Source: Spirochaetia bacterium (GTDB lineage: Bacteria; Spirochaetota; Spirochaetia; CAKZLE01). From it: a DNA stretch of 64,000 nt. Location: positions 3,904,001 to 3,968,000 of the forward strand of contig OY782041.1 of NCBI GenBank assembly GCA_963677595.1, in the 5' to 3' direction. Positions 28,279 through 38,942 of the stretch are shown piece by piece. Within the stretch, counting starts at the first letter, position 1; the number at the start of each line of letters is the position of its first letter. A program made the translations under genes and the position numbers. Under the pieces are notes generated by a model that ran no database searches, was not told the DNA's origin, and saw only the letters and a list, made by a program, of their open reading frames with translations.

Positions 28279-29766
28279 ATGAGAGAAGACCTGCATGAAC
28301 TGACCAGGGAACTGAACCCCCTGCACATCCATGGTGCTGCACCAATAGGGTGCTGTCACATCACCAATGACTCCCGTGAGTGCAAGCCTGGTTCTATCTA
28401 TGCCGCGCTGCCCGGGTCCCTGACGGACGGGCACCGCTTCATCTACCAGGCCATCGATGCCGGGGCTGTATGCATCATACATGAGCTCCCGCTCTCCTCC
28501 TATGCAGCAGATATTCTCTACCTCCAGGTCCCGTGCGCACGCAAGGCTCTTTCGTACGCGAGTTCCTGGCTCTATGAGACTGATCGTTCCCCGATCAAGG
28601 TAGTCGGGGTTACCGGCACGGACGGGAAATCGTCTACCTGCCACTTCATCTACCAGCTGCTCCATGCAGTGGGGATCCCTTGCAGCCTCCTGACCACGGT
28701 CTCGTATGATGACGGGTCGGGACTCCGTCCCAACCCGGGCCGCATGACGACCCCTGAAGCCCCTGCGATCCATAGGTTCCTCCATGATTCCCTGCAGAAC
28801 GGTGCGTCGATCGCGATCCTCGAAGCGTCCTCCCATGCCCTCTCAGAGAAGACCCACCGTCTTGCCGACCTGAGGTTCTCCCTCGCTGTCACGACGACGA
28901 TCAGCAGCGAGCACCTAGACTTCCATGGCTCGATCGACGAGTATATCGCGGACAAGCTCTCCATCTATTCCCGACTGGATGGGAAGGCTGTCGCACAGGC
29001 AGGCTCCCCTTACAGGGAACGCATGGTCGGACTCTCCCCGGAAGCACCCCTCACCTACGGCGTTGATGATAGGACTGCCGACCTTGCGTTCATCCCAGGT
29101 GGGGAACGCCTCCATCTCAGGAGCAGCTGCTATGGTATAGCAAGAGACATGCCTGCCCCCTTCGGGCAGCCGTTCTTCCTCCTCGATGCGGCAGCAGCCC
29201 TCATCGCTGCCATAGAGCTTGCCGGCAGGGACCGTATCCCGGAACTGGTCGAGGCCTGTTCCCGGCTGCAGCTCATCACGGGGCGATGCAATGAGATCTC
29301 CTTCTCCGGCCGGCTGGCCGTCATCGACTATGCCCATACTGCGGATTCGTTCGAGCGGCTCTTCCAACATTACCGGAAACAGTACCCCAGAAACAGGTTC
29401 ATCACCGTCTTCGGCTCAGCCGGCAGGAGGGACCACGGGAAGCGTGCGGCAATGGGTCATACAGCTGCCGCTGACTCACAACTGGTCATCATCACCAACG
29501 AGGACCCGAGGGACGAGGACCCGGGTGCTATCTACGAAGAGATTACCGCCGGGGTACCGAAATTAGAGAGAGGGGTCTTCACCCGGATCGACGACCGCCG
29601 TGAGGCGATGAGGTCCGCAGTAGCCGGCTCCCTCCCCGGTGATATCCTCTTCTTCCTTGGGAAGGGGCATGAGTCCTCGATCGTCATCGGGGAAGAAGCT
29701 GTCCCCTGGGACGAGGAAGCCGAGCTGAAGCGTATGATCAACAGGGAGGGACTATGGAAACACTGA
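28279..29766 (+). CDS. murE: UDP-MurNAc-tripeptide synthetase (Mur ligase)
   Basis: GVTGTDGKSS, TTPEA, EASSHAL, EHLDFHG, DYAHT, NEDPR, GKGHE; likely start ATG 28279. Confidence 0.9.
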   Translation: MREDLHELTRELNPLHIHGAAPIGCCHITNDSRECKPGSIYAALPGSLTDGHRFIYQAIDAGAVCIIHELPLSSYAADILYLQVPCARKALSYASSWLYETDRSPIKVVGVTGTDGKSSTCHFIYQLLHAVGIPCSLLTTVSYDDGSGLRPNPGRMTTPEAPAIHRFLHDSLQNGASIAILEASSHALSEKTHRLADLRFSLAVTTTISSEHLDFHGSIDEYIADKLSIYSRLDGKAVAQAGSPYRERMVGLSPEAPLTYGVDDRTADLAFIPGGERLHLRSSCYGIARDMPAPFGQPFFLLDAAAALIAAIELAGRDRIPELVEACSRLQLITGRCNEISFSGRLAVIDYAHTADSFERLFQHYRKQYPRNRFITVFGSAGRRDHGKRAAMGHTAAADSQLVIITNEDPRDEDPGAIYEEITAGVPKLERGVFTRIDDRREAMRSAVAGSLPGDILFFLGKGHESSIVIGEEAVPWDEEAELKRMINREGLWKH

Positions 29767-30815
29767 TGCTGCTCTACGGCGGGAACTCTACCGAACATGA
29801 GGTCTCCTGCCTCTCCGCGGAGAACATCTACAGCCTGCTTGCAGGTATTGGCTATGACCTCATCCCTGTCGGTATCTCCCGCAGCGGGTCCTTCTACCTC
29901 CAGGAGCCTGAGATGATGGCGTCCGGAGAGGTAACAGTCGTCGAGGATCCTGCCATGGAGCTGCTCATCAAGCCCGGGACCGGGTTCCTCCTCCAAGGCG
30001 CGGTCCTGAACCCCGATGTCATACTCCCGGTGACCCACGGGACCTTCGGCGAGGATGGCATACTGCAGGGACTGCTCTCCATGCTGCCCTTCCCCTACAT
30101 CGGCTCTGACCATGCCGCGAGCGCGGCTGGCATGAGGAAATCGTCCACGAAGCGGCTCCTCTCCCCTGACATACCCATCACCCCCTACCGGCTCTGTGAT
30201 GACTCGAGCCTGCCTGATACCTCTGAGGTGATCAGGGTATTCGGTCTTCCCCTCGTCGTGAAGCCCGACTGCGGCGGGTCATCGGTAGGAGTCTCCATCA
30301 TCCATGACGCACCTTCACTGATCCCTGCTGTCAGGACAGCCCTGCAGTATGATGATGCGGTCCTCATCGAACCCTGCATCAACGCGATCGAGATCGAGTG
30401 CGGAGTCTTCGGGACACGCCATGACGTGAGTGCCACGCTCCCAGGGACGGTATCCCCTTCCCATGGCTTCTACAGCTATGAGGAGAAGTACCACGACCCG
30501 CTTCTTGCCTACACGATCCCGGCGCCGCTCGAGCAGGCCATGCTTTCCCGTATCCAGGAGTATGCTCGGTCAGCCTTCTCCCTGCTCGGGTGTTCGGGTT
30601 TCGCCCGGGTCGACTTCTTCCTCGACCGGGATAGTGGAGAGCTCTATCTCAATGAGATCAATACGATACCGGGGCTCACTCCAACGAGCCTTTTCCTCAA
30701 GCTTGTCGAGGCCAGCGGCATCACGCTCCCTGCGCTCTTCTCCCGGCTGGTCGATGATGCTGTGACCTCCTATAGGAAGAGACGTTCGCTCGTGAGGGAT
30801 ATTCCCTCCCCATGA
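29754..30815 (+). CDS. ddl: D-alanine--D-alanine ligase
   Basis: GGNSTEHEVS, HGTFGEDG, GSSVGV, YEEKY, RVDFF, NEINTIPG. Confidence 0.95.
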   Translation: METLMLLYGGNSTEHEVSCLSAENIYSLLAGIGYDLIPVGISRSGSFYLQEPEMMASGEVTVVEDPAMELLIKPGTGFLLQGAVLNPDVILPVTHGTFGEDGILQGLLSMLPFPYIGSDHAASAAGMRKSSTKRLLSPDIPITPYRLCDDSSLPDTSEVIRVFGLPLVVKPDCGGSSVGVSIIHDAPSLIPAVRTALQYDDAVLIEPCINAIEIECGVFGTRHDVSATLPGTVSPSHGFYSYEEKYHDPLLAYTIPAPLEQAMLSRIQEYARSAFSLLGCSGFARVDFFLDRDSGELYLNEINTIPGLTPTSLFLKLVEASGITLPALFSRLVDDAVTSYRKRRSLVRDIPSP

Positions 30816-32005
30816 GTGATACCTGGTTCTTCCATATCGACCTTGATGCGTTCTACGCCTCTGTGGAACAGTATGACGACCCTTCCCTCAAGGGGCGTCC
30901 AGTCATCGTCGGGGGAGCCGACTCAAACCGGGGAGTCGTCTCAGCCTGTTCCTACGAGGCACGGAAGTACGGGGTACACTCCGCGATGCCGATCTTCAAG
31001 GCACGGGAGCTCTGCCCAAAGGGTGTCTACCTTCCTGTCAGGATGAAGCGGTACCAGCGGGTCAGCGAGCATATCATGTCGATCTTCTCCCGCTACAGCC
31101 CGGTCATGCAGCAGATATCCATCGATGAGGCCTTCCTCGACATGACCGGCACGGTATCGCTCTGGGGACCTGTCGAGGAGACGGCGCAGAGGCTGCAGCA
31201 GGATGTCTACGCCGAGTCGGGACTTACCGCCTCGATCGGGGTGGCTCCGAACAAATATATCGCGAAGATGGCATCGGACCGCAACAAGCCGAACGGGATC
31301 TGCTTCGTACCACAGGGCGGTGAGTATGAGTTCATCTCTTCCCAGCCGTTCAGTAAACTCTGGGGAATCGGGCAGAAGGGACGGGAGAACCTCTATCGTC
31401 ACCAGATCACCTCGGTCGATTCACTGCGCTCCTTCTCGCTCGAGTGGCTCCAGCGGACCTTCGGCGAGGCTTCGGGGAGTTTCTACTACCATGCGGTTCG
31501 GGGGATCGACCCGGGGATCTTCTCCACGGTCCAGAAGAGCCGCTCGGTGAGCAACGAGATCACCCTCGAGGAGGATACGGCTGATATGGAACAGCTCAGG
31601 GGGATGATCCACCAGCTTTCGCACCATGTGATGTTCAGGCTCTTGAAGAACGGGCTCACGGCAACGACGGTCGGTGTGAAGTACAAGCTCTCCAACTTCA
31701 CTGTACACTCTGCCCAGGTGACCCCGGTAAAGCCGATCTACTCTGCCGAGGAGATCTACTCCTACGTCTGGGCGCTCTTCACCGAGCGATGGGACCACTC
31801 TTCCCCCATCCGGCTGATCGGCGTGACGGTGAACTCCCTGCAGGAGCGGGCCGTTCCCCTCCAGGAGGAGCTCTTCGAGGATGATTTCAAGCGCAAGCAC
31901 ACCGTCGAGAAGACGGTGCTGAAGCTCAGGTCGATGGGGAACCGGATCATGAAGGCATCGGACCTCCTCGGGGAGAATCGAATCACAGGAAAGAAGGACT
32001 CATAA
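30812..32005 (+). CDS. dinB: DNA polymerase IV
   Basis: HIDLDAFYASVE, RGVVSACSYEAR, SIDEAFLD, KMASDRNKPNG. Confidence 0.95.
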   Translation: MSDTWFFHIDLDAFYASVEQYDDPSLKGRPVIVGGADSNRGVVSACSYEARKYGVHSAMPIFKARELCPKGVYLPVRMKRYQRVSEHIMSIFSRYSPVMQQISIDEAFLDMTGTVSLWGPVEETAQRLQQDVYAESGLTASIGVAPNKYIAKMASDRNKPNGICFVPQGGEYEFISSQPFSKLWGIGQKGRENLYRHQITSVDSLRSFSLEWLQRTFGEASGSFYYHAVRGIDPGIFSTVQKSRSVSNEITLEEDTADMEQLRGMIHQLSHHVMFRLLKNGLTATTVGVKYKLSNFTVHSAQVTPVKPIYSAEEIYSYVWALFTERWDHSSPIRLIGVTVNSLQERAVPLQEELFEDDFKRKHTVEKTVLKLRSMGNRIMKASDLLGENRITGKKDS

Positions 32006-32006
32006 C

Positions 32007-32519
32007 ATGGCATTGCATATCGTATTGGTAGAACCTGAGATCCCGCAGAACACGGGGAACATCGCACGGACCTGCGCCGCGGTCGGTGCATCCCTCCACC
32101 TCATACACCCGCTTGGCTTCCGCATCGATGAGAAGTCGGTACGACGGGCTGGGCTCGACTACTGGGACAAGCTCTCCGTCCATGAGTACCCATCCCTCGA
32201 GGCCTTCCTCGAGCTTCACGGGGATGAACAGCTCTACCTCTTCTCCACGAAGGCAGAACATACCTATGCTGAGGTGAGCTATCCCGCCGATGCATGGCTG
32301 CTCTTCGGGAAGGAATCGAAGGGGCTGCCCGAGCCGCTGATCATACGCTACCGTGATACCACGGTACGGATCCCGATGGTCGAGGCTTCCCGCTCCCTGA
32401 ACCTCTCGAACACCGTCGCCATAGCTGCCTATGAGTATCACAGGCAGCAGGGATTCTGTACGCTCCTCTCTGTCGGCGAGCTCCATTCCACTACCTGGGA
32501 TTCGCTTGAAAATAGGTGA
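32007..32519 (+). CDS. trmL: tRNA (cytidine/uridine-2'-O)-methyltransferase, SPOUT family
   Basis: PEIPQNTGNIARTC, RRAGLDYW, FGKESKGLP, RSLNLSN. Confidence 0.95.
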   Translation: MALHIVLVEPEIPQNTGNIARTCAAVGASLHLIHPLGFRIDEKSVRRAGLDYWDKLSVHEYPSLEAFLELHGDEQLYLFSTKAEHTYAEVSYPADAWLLFGKESKGLPEPLIIRYRDTTVRIPMVEASRSLNLSNTVAIAAYEYHRQQGFCTLLSVGELHSTTWDSLENR

Positions 32520-32535
32520 TTACTGCCGGTTTGTG

Positions 32536-32564
32536 TTGCAATTATCGGCTCTAATCTCTACAAT
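32536..32564 (+). promoter_or_regulatory. Promoter TTGCAA-N17-TACAAT for proC-serS-pncB
   Basis: Hexamers at 32536-32541 and 32559-32564. Confidence 0.55.
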
Positions 32565-32599
32565 TCATCATACTCGCATATGATCAGGAAGGGGGAATT

Positions 32600-33391
32600 A
32601 TGAAAACCATCGGCATTCTCGGCTGCGGGAACATGGGAGCCGCCATCATCAGGGCTTTAGCCTCAGCAGGTTCGTTCGGCATCATCATCTATGATGTGAA
32701 CCGTGAGGTCACCTCAGCCCTTGCAGCTGAACTCGCCATACGGACAGCAGGGACCATCGAAGAGCTCAACGAGCAGTCCGACCTCGTCGTACTTGCGGTC
32801 AAGCCGCAGATCCTCCCGTCACTGTTCGACATACTCTCAGCCAAGGGCGGCCAGCAGTATATATCGATCGCGGCAGGTGTTTCGATCAACACCCTCTCCT
32901 CTGGCTTGCACAGTGAGTCGATCGTAAGGTTCATGCCGAACATCGCCGCATCCGTGGGCAAGGCGATCACGGCGATCGCTCCCGGGGAGAAGGCAAGTGA
33001 GGAACTTATCAGTACCGCACAGGAGGTCGCATCGACCTTCGGCGCGATGACGATCGTACCGGAACACCTGATCTCGGCATTCATCGGGATCTCTGGCTCT
33101 GCGATCGCCTTCTTCTACCAGTTCCTCCATGCGATCGCCCTCGGGGGAACGAAGCAGGGGATACCCTACCAGCAGTCAGTCTCCATCGCAGCAGATACCT
33201 TCTCAGGAGCGATCGAGCTGATGAAGCAGTCAGGGAGTACACCAGCCTCCCTCATCACCTCCGTGACTTCAGCCGGAGGTACGACGATCGAGGGGATCCA
33301 CGCCCTCGAGGAAGGTGGTTTCACCGGAACGGTCATGAACGCAGTCGAAGCAGCCTCCCTGCGGGGAATCGAACTAGAACACCAGGCATAA
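32600..33391 (+). CDS. proC: Pyrroline-5-carboxylate reductase
   Basis: GCGNMG, LAVKPQ, SIAAGV, RFMPN, SAGGTT. Confidence 0.95.
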   Translation: MKTIGILGCGNMGAAIIRALASAGSFGIIIYDVNREVTSALAAELAIRTAGTIEELNEQSDLVVLAVKPQILPSLFDILSAKGGQQYISIAAGVSINTLSSGLHSESIVRFMPNIAASVGKAITAIAPGEKASEELISTAQEVASTFGAMTIVPEHLISAFIGISGSAIAFFYQFLHAIALGGTKQGIPYQQSVSIAADTFSGAIELMKQSGSTPASLITSVTSAGGTTIEGIHALEEGGFTGTVMNAVEAASLRGIELEHQA

Positions 33392-33401
33392 GGATTACAC
33401 C

Positions 33402-34685
33402 ATGATAGATTTGAAACAGATCACAGAACGTAAGGACGAGATCAAGAAGAACATAGAGGACAGGTTCATGAAGGTGGACCTTGACCCGATCCTGGAACTC
33501 CAGGAACGCAGGTCCTCCCTCATCCAGGAGAGTGATGCCCTCAAGAAGGCCCGGAACGAGAATGCCGGGAAGATGAAGGGAAAGATGACGAACGAGGAGC
33601 GACAGCTCCTCATAGCTGAGGGTAAGGAGCTCAAGGTGAAGATCGCTGAGGTGGACGAGATCCTGAAGGATGTCGAGGAGAAGTACCTCGCCTCCGCAAA
33701 ACGGATCCCGAACTATGCCCACCCTGACGCACCGGTAGGCAGGGAGGACAAGGACAACCTCGAGATCAAGCGATGGGGAACGGTCCCCTCCTTCGATTTC
33801 GAGGCGAAGGACCATGTCCAGATCGGCCAGGAGCTCGACCTCATCGACTTCGACACCGCTGCGAGGGTAAGTGGGGCGAAGTTCTACTACCTCAAGAACG
33901 AGGCGGTCCTGCTCGAGCTCGCCCTCGAACGCTATGCCCTCGATATCTTGAGGAAACACGGCTTCACCCTCACGATCACCCCTGACATCGCGAAAGAGGA
34001 GGTCCTCGAGGGCATTGGGTTCAACCCGAGAGGGGCCGAGAGCAACATCTACACTCTCGAGGATACCGGGACCTGCCTCGTCGGGACTGCCGAGATCACC
34101 CTCGGGGGCTACTATGCCGGGGAGATCATTGACAGGGAACGGCTCCCGATCAAGCTTGCCGGCCTTTCCCACTGTTTCAGGAAGGAGGCAGGCGCTGCCG
34201 GCCAGTACTCAAAAGGCCTCTACCGTGTCCACCAGTTCTCCAAGGTCGAGATGTTCATCTATGCCCTGCCCGAAGAGTCTGATGCGATCCACCAGCAGCT
34301 GCTCGGTATTGAGGAGGAGATCTTCCAGGGACTTGAGATCCCCTACCGGGTCGTCGACACCTGCACGGGTGACCTCGGGGCCCCGGCATACCGGAAGTTC
34401 GATATAGAGGCATGGATGCCCGGGCGCGGGGATGGCGGTGAATGGGGAGAGGTGACGAGTACCTCGAACTGTACCGACTACCAGGCACGACGGCTGCAGA
34501 TCCGCTATAAAGATGAGAACGGGAAGACAAAGTTCCTCCACCTGCTCAACGGGACGGCAATCGCGGTCTCCCGTGCGATCGTTGCCCTGCTCGAGAACAA
34601 CCAGAGCTCTGACGGTTCGATCAGGATCCCTGCTGCCCTCCAGCCCTATATGGGGATGGATGCCATCAGGAGGGACCAGGCGTAG
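33402..34685 (+). CDS. serS: Serine--tRNA ligase
   Basis: N-terminal coiled-coil arm, GTAEI, CFRKEAG, RVHQFSKVE, SNCTDYQARR, LNGT. Confidence 0.97.
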   Translation: MIDLKQITERKDEIKKNIEDRFMKVDLDPILELQERRSSLIQESDALKKARNENAGKMKGKMTNEERQLLIAEGKELKVKIAEVDEILKDVEEKYLASAKRIPNYAHPDAPVGREDKDNLEIKRWGTVPSFDFEAKDHVQIGQELDLIDFDTAARVSGAKFYYLKNEAVLLELALERYALDILRKHGFTLTITPDIAKEEVLEGIGFNPRGAESNIYTLEDTGTCLVGTAEITLGGYYAGEIIDRERLPIKLAGLSHCFRKEAGAAGQYSKGLYRVHQFSKVEMFIYALPEESDAIHQQLLGIEEEIFQGLEIPYRVVDTCTGDLGAPAYRKFDIEAWMPGRGDGGEWGEVTSTSNCTDYQARRLQIRYKDENGKTKFLHLLNGTAIAVSRAIVALLENNQSSDGSIRIPAALQPYMGMDAIRRDQA

Positions 34686-34686
34686 T

Positions 34687-36132
34687 ATGGGGATCTCAGG
34701 CCTCTTAACAGATTTTTATGAGCTGACGATGAGCCAGGGGTATTTCCTCACCGGGAACGATCCCCGTGTGGTATTCGATATGTTCTATCGGTCCCAGCCG
34801 TTCGGCAGCGGGTACACCATCTTCGCGGGCCTCGAGACGGCCCTGAGGGGTATCCTCTCCATGCGGTTCTCGAGCGACGATATCGCGTATCTCCGCTCGA
34901 CCGGGCTCTTCAGGGAGGAGTTCCTCACCTACCTCAGCACCTTCTCCTTCAGCGGCACGATCCATGCCATGGATGAGGGGACCGTGGTATTCCCGGGGGA
35001 ACCCCTGATCAGGGTCGAGGCTTCCCTCATCGAAGCCCAGCTCATCGAGAGCTTCCTCCTCAACACCATCAACTTCCAGTCGCTCATAGCGACCAAGACC
35101 TCACGGGTCTACCAGTCTTCCCGTTGCGGGAAGGTCCTGGAATTCGGGCTCAGGCGTGCCCAGGGTCCCGACGGGGCCCTCTCAGCCGCCCGTGCTGCAT
35201 TCATCGGCGGGGCGTGTGCCACCTCCAATACCGAGGCCGGCAGGCGCCTGGGGATCCCGGTCAGCGGCACCATGGCCCACTCCTGGGTCATGTCCTTTGC
35301 CTCGGAACTTGAATCATTCAGGGCCTATGCCGAACTCTACCCGGACAACTGCATCCTGCTCATCGACACCTATGACACCTTAGGTTCAGGGGTCGAGCAT
35401 GCCGTGACCGTCGGACTCGAGCTGAAGGCGAAGGGTAAGCGTCTTGGTGTTCGTATCGACAGCGGGGACCTCAGCTACCTCAGCAGGGAAGTTCGTACCC
35501 GGCTTGATGAGGCCGGACTGGAGGACGCGTTCATCGCTGTATCCAACGACCTCACCGAGGAGGTCATCGCCACCCTGATCGCCGAGGAGTCTCCCATAGA
35601 CTCATGGGGAGTCGGCACCCACCTGGTGACCGGCGGCATCCAGTCCTCGATGAACGGCGTCTACAAGCTATCTGCTAAAGCAGGGGCTGACGGGAGTCTC
35701 ATCCCGACCATGAAGGTCTCGAACAACTACGAGAAGACGACCAACCCCGGACAGAAGCAGGTCTATCGCTTCTTCTCGACGAAGAACGGGCTTGCCCGTG
35801 CTGATTACATCGCGCTCACCGAGGAACAGGTGACACCCGATAGGGACTACCGCTTCTTCCATCCGATGATCGACAAGGATTATTTCGATATGCGATCCTC
35901 AGAGATCCTTTCTATCAAACCCATGCTCACCTGCAAGGTCTCCGACGGTAAGCTGACTGAAGAGCTCCCGAGTCTTTCGGAGATCCAGGGACGGGTACAG
36001 GAGGGGCTTGGGACCTTCCACAAGTCCTACAAACGGCTGGTGAACCCCCATATCTACAAGGTATCGCTCTCCCGGGACCTGATGGGTCTCAAACAGTCAC
36101 TCCTGAGGCAGTACCGTGATGATCTGAGGTGA
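34687..36132 (+). CDS. pncB: Nicotinate phosphoribosyltransferase
   Basis: LLTDFYELTM, EFGLRRAQG, GTMAHS, LIDTYD, RIDSGD; real start is ATG 34687 just after the serS stop. Confidence 0.95.
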   Translation: MGISGLLTDFYELTMSQGYFLTGNDPRVVFDMFYRSQPFGSGYTIFAGLETALRGILSMRFSSDDIAYLRSTGLFREEFLTYLSTFSFSGTIHAMDEGTVVFPGEPLIRVEASLIEAQLIESFLLNTINFQSLIATKTSRVYQSSRCGKVLEFGLRRAQGPDGALSAARAAFIGGACATSNTEAGRRLGIPVSGTMAHSWVMSFASELESFRAYAELYPDNCILLIDTYDTLGSGVEHAVTVGLELKAKGKRLGVRIDSGDLSYLSREVRTRLDEAGLEDAFIAVSNDLTEEVIATLIAEESPIDSWGVGTHLVTGGIQSSMNGVYKLSAKAGADGSLIPTMKVSNNYEKTTNPGQKQVYRFFSTKNGLARADYIALTEEQVTPDRDYRFFHPMIDKDYFDMRSSEILSIKPMLTCKVSDGKLTEELPSLSEIQGRVQEGLGTFHKSYKRLVNPHIYKVSLSRDLMGLKQSLLRQYRDDLR

Positions 36133-36138
36133 TCTTTC

Positions 36139-36909
36139 TTAGCGCAGGGATTCGATGTAGGTGCTGACCCCGAGGGCGATCCCCCTGGCATAGGTCTCCT
36201 GGTAGGAGGGGTCAAGCAGCTTCTGCAGCTCATCCTTGTTCGTCATGAAGCCCGTCTCTATGAGGATCGCAGGCATGAGGGAGTTATGCAGGACATAGAA
36301 CGATCCCTCCTTGATCCCGCGGTCCCTCGTCTCAGGCGGCAGCCCGTAGATGAGGGCTGTCTCCATGCTCTGGGCCAGGCGGGAGGCCATGGCATCGAGT
36401 TCCTGGTTCATGCTGGTATTGAGTTCCTCGGTCTTCTCGACGATACCGCTCTCCGAGAGGGTGGTGGTGAGGAAATCCTTCTCGATGCTCGTCTGGAGTT
36501 TCCACACCTCGAATCCGCTTGCCGTCTCTGTCCCTGCGGCATTCACATGGACTGATACGAACAGCTTGCTCGTTCCCGGTACTGCCGGGCTGCTGTTCGC
36601 TGTCTGCGAACGCTCCCACAGGGAGATGTAGTCATCGGCTGTCCGGCAGTAGATGACTGACAGCTCAGGGTACATCTCCTCGAGCATCCGGCCGGCCTGC
36701 AGCACGAGACTGAGGGTGATGTCCTTCTCATAGATCTCTATCGTGGAGCCGTCCCGGGTGACCGTCGAGACAGCACCCGGGTCCTTCCCACCATGACCGG
36801 CATCGAGGATGACCGTCCCTGCCGGCAGGGAGAAGAATGGTTCCGAGGCATAGGAGAGACCGAGTACGCTGATGAACACCAGAACGAATATGCTGCAGAC
36901 TCTCTTCAT
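36139..36909 (-). CDS. N-acetylmuramoyl-L-alanine amidase (Amidase_3)
   Basis: Signal peptide, LDAGHGGKDPGA, EKD, SVHVNA, ILIETGF; TAATG coupling with the upstream gene. Confidence 0.92.
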   Translation of the reverse strand: MKRVCSIFVLVFISVLGLSYASEPFFSLPAGTVILDAGHGGKDPGAVSTVTRDGSTIEIYEKDITLSLVLQAGRMLEEMYPELSVIYCRTADDYISLWERSQTANSSPAVPGTSKLFVSVHVNAAGTETASGFEVWKLQTSIEKDFLTTTLSESGIVEKTEELNTSMNQELDAMASRLAQSMETALIYGLPPETRDRGIKEGSFYVLHNSLMPAILIETGFMTNKDELQKLLDPSYQETYARGIALGVSTYIESLR

Positions 36910-37802
36910 TACCTCACTCCTGACCTGCTGTAGTCCTTCCATTGTGCAATTAATTCCTCTCCCTGACAATAGAGCGCAGAAGGTTTTCGCCGGTAATCAT
37001 CAAGGAGGTAGTCGGGGATGTGCCGTTTCATGCCGGTCTTCAGCTTCAGGGAGCCGTCTCCCTCGAGCTCGAAGCCGAAGTGCTTCGCCCTGAACCTCTT
37101 CATATGTCCCGTCATGGTACGGTTGGTCATCGGGGCGCCGTGGCTGTAGAGGATCGCAGGCACGGTATGGACGCAGGAGGGAATACCCCGCTGCCAGGCA
37201 GAGAGGCCGAAATCTGAGAGCTGCCAGAACCCCTCCTCGAACCTGGTATCGAACCCCTGCACCTTCTTGAACCGCTCCACATCGTATATCCCCATATAAT
37301 CGAGGGGGAAGAGCGTCGGTGTCCCGTCCTCTCCCGGGAACTCTGGTACTGCGTCAAACCCCTCCTGACGGTGGTAGAGGGGGACCTGCACCGAAGGGAT
37401 CATGCCCTGCCCCTCCTCGAGGAGCAGCGGCTGGACGCAGAGGCACTGCTTCCCGAGCAGCCATGCGGTCAGCTCCTCCCCGAGCTGTATGTTGATATCG
37501 ACATCGTTCCAGATCACGCAGCAGTAGGGACTGCGGATCTGCTTCATGACGCTGTTCAGGTACTGGCCGGCATTGGTGTACTCCTCGAACACGATCGGAC
37601 GGATCAGCTCCGAGGAGAGGGTGAGCTTCATCAGGGATGCGTTGTTATCCTTATAGAGGAGGATATAGAGGGGAACATGGTACCTGCTCACGAGTGTCTC
37701 TATGAGGTAATGGAGATGTTCCCGCTCCGCGGGCCTGTCCCGGTACTCGCGCCGGAGCATGATCACGAAGGAGTAGACGGAGACCATGTCCTGCTGTTTC
37801 AT
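36909..37802 (-). CDS. Divergent glycosyltransferase family 2-like protein
   Basis: VIWNDV (DxD-like), FKKVQGFDTRF..FWQLSDFGL pattern of GT2 C-termini; low certainty of function. Confidence 0.5.
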   Translation of the reverse strand: MKQQDMVSVYSFVIMLRREYRDRPAEREHLHYLIETLVSRYHVPLYILLYKDNNASLMKLTLSSELIRPIVFEEYTNAGQYLNSVMKQIRSPYCCVIWNDVDINIQLGEELTAWLLGKQCLCVQPLLLEEGQGMIPSVQVPLYHRQEGFDAVPEFPGEDGTPTLFPLDYMGIYDVERFKKVQGFDTRFEEGFWQLSDFGLSAWQRGIPSCVHTVPAILYSHGAPMTNRTMTGHMKRFRAKHFGFELEGDGSLKLKTGMKRHIPDYLLDDYRRKPSALYCQGEELIAQWKDYSRSGVR

Positions 37803-37824
37803 CCCTCTTCCATCCTGGAGTCCC

Positions 37825-38931
37825 TCAATCAAGGAAGACGATGTCCTCAGGCCTGGCGATCACGTCCCGCCGGTCGTCACCCACGGTGTCCCGTATCGTG
37901 CTGCTGTGCCGGCCGATGAGGTTCTCGATCTCGCTGCTGTTGAATGACGGGACGAGTTTCGCTGCTTCATTGAGCATGACCACGGTCCCGCGCTCGAACA
38001 CACCCTCGACTGCGATGATGCCCGAGGGCAGCAGGCTCTTATGCTTCCTCAGTGCCCTCAGAGCACCCTCATCCACGACGATCCGTCCGGTGGTGGTGGA
38101 CTGCAGGATCCATCGCTCACGCTGGGAACGTCGCTTCTCGGGCAGGAACCAGGTCCCCACCTCCTCGCCCTGCAGGATCCGGTAGAGGACGTTGTGATCG
38201 CTCCCCCGAGCGATCACGCAGCCGCAGCCGGCCCGTGAGGCTATCTGGACAGCGTTGAGTTTGGTGATCATACCACCGGTCGCGAAGGAGGACCCGGCCC
38301 CGGAGGCCCAGGAGATGACCTCCTCATCCACGGTCTCGACGGTCCTGACGAGCTTCGCATCGGGGTCCTTATTTGGGTTCCCGTCATAGAGCCCGTCGAT
38401 ATCGGTGAGGATGACCAGGAGGTCAGCATCGATCTTGCTCGCGATCAGGGCACTGAGGCTGTCATTGTCACCGAAAGCGGTGCCGATCTCGTCCGTCGAG
38501 ATCGAGTCATTCTCGTTGAAGATCGGCACCACCCCCATCTCGAGGAGGTCCTCCACCGCATTCTTGAGGTTGAGGAAGCTCTTGCGGTTGTTGAGGATGG
38601 TCCTCGTGAGCAGGATCTGGGCTACCTTTATCCCGTAGGAGGAGAAGAGCAGGCGGTAGTTATGCATGAGCATCGGCTGCCCGATGGATGCATATGCCTG
38701 CCGCTTGATGATACTCGTTGCCGGTTTCGAGACACCGAGTTCCTTCGCCCCCATACCTATCGCGCCGGAGCTTACCAGCAGGGGCATGCAGCCGGCATCC
38801 ATGAGGCTGCTGATCTCATTGACGATCTTCTCCATGAAGAGCATATCGACGCCGCTTTGGGAGCTCAACAGGTTCGTCCCGACTTTTATGACCACTCGTT
38901 TAGCCTGGGAGAAGTCTCTTTTCATATCCAT
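37825..38931 (-). CDS. proB: Glutamate 5-kinase with PUA domain
   Basis: VIKVGT, VSSGAI, PIFNEND, FGDNDSL, TGGMITK. Confidence 0.96.
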   Translation of the reverse strand: MDMKRDFSQAKRVVIKVGTNLLSSQSGVDMLFMEKIVNEISSLMDAGCMPLLVSSGAIGMGAKELGVSKPATSIIKRQAYASIGQPMLMHNYRLLFSSYGIKVAQILLTRTILNNRKSFLNLKNAVEDLLEMGVVPIFNENDSISTDEIGTAFGDNDSLSALIASKIDADLLVILTDIDGLYDGNPNKDPDAKLVRTVETVDEEVISWASGAGSSFATGGMITKLNAVQIASRAGCGCVIARGSDHNVLYRILQGEEVGTWFLPEKRRSQRERWILQSTTTGRIVVDEGALRALRKHKSLLPSGIIAVEGVFERGTVVMLNEAAKLVPSFNSSEIENLIGRHSSTIRDTVGDDRRDVIARPEDIVFLD

Positions 38932-38942
38932 TCCTTGTAGGT

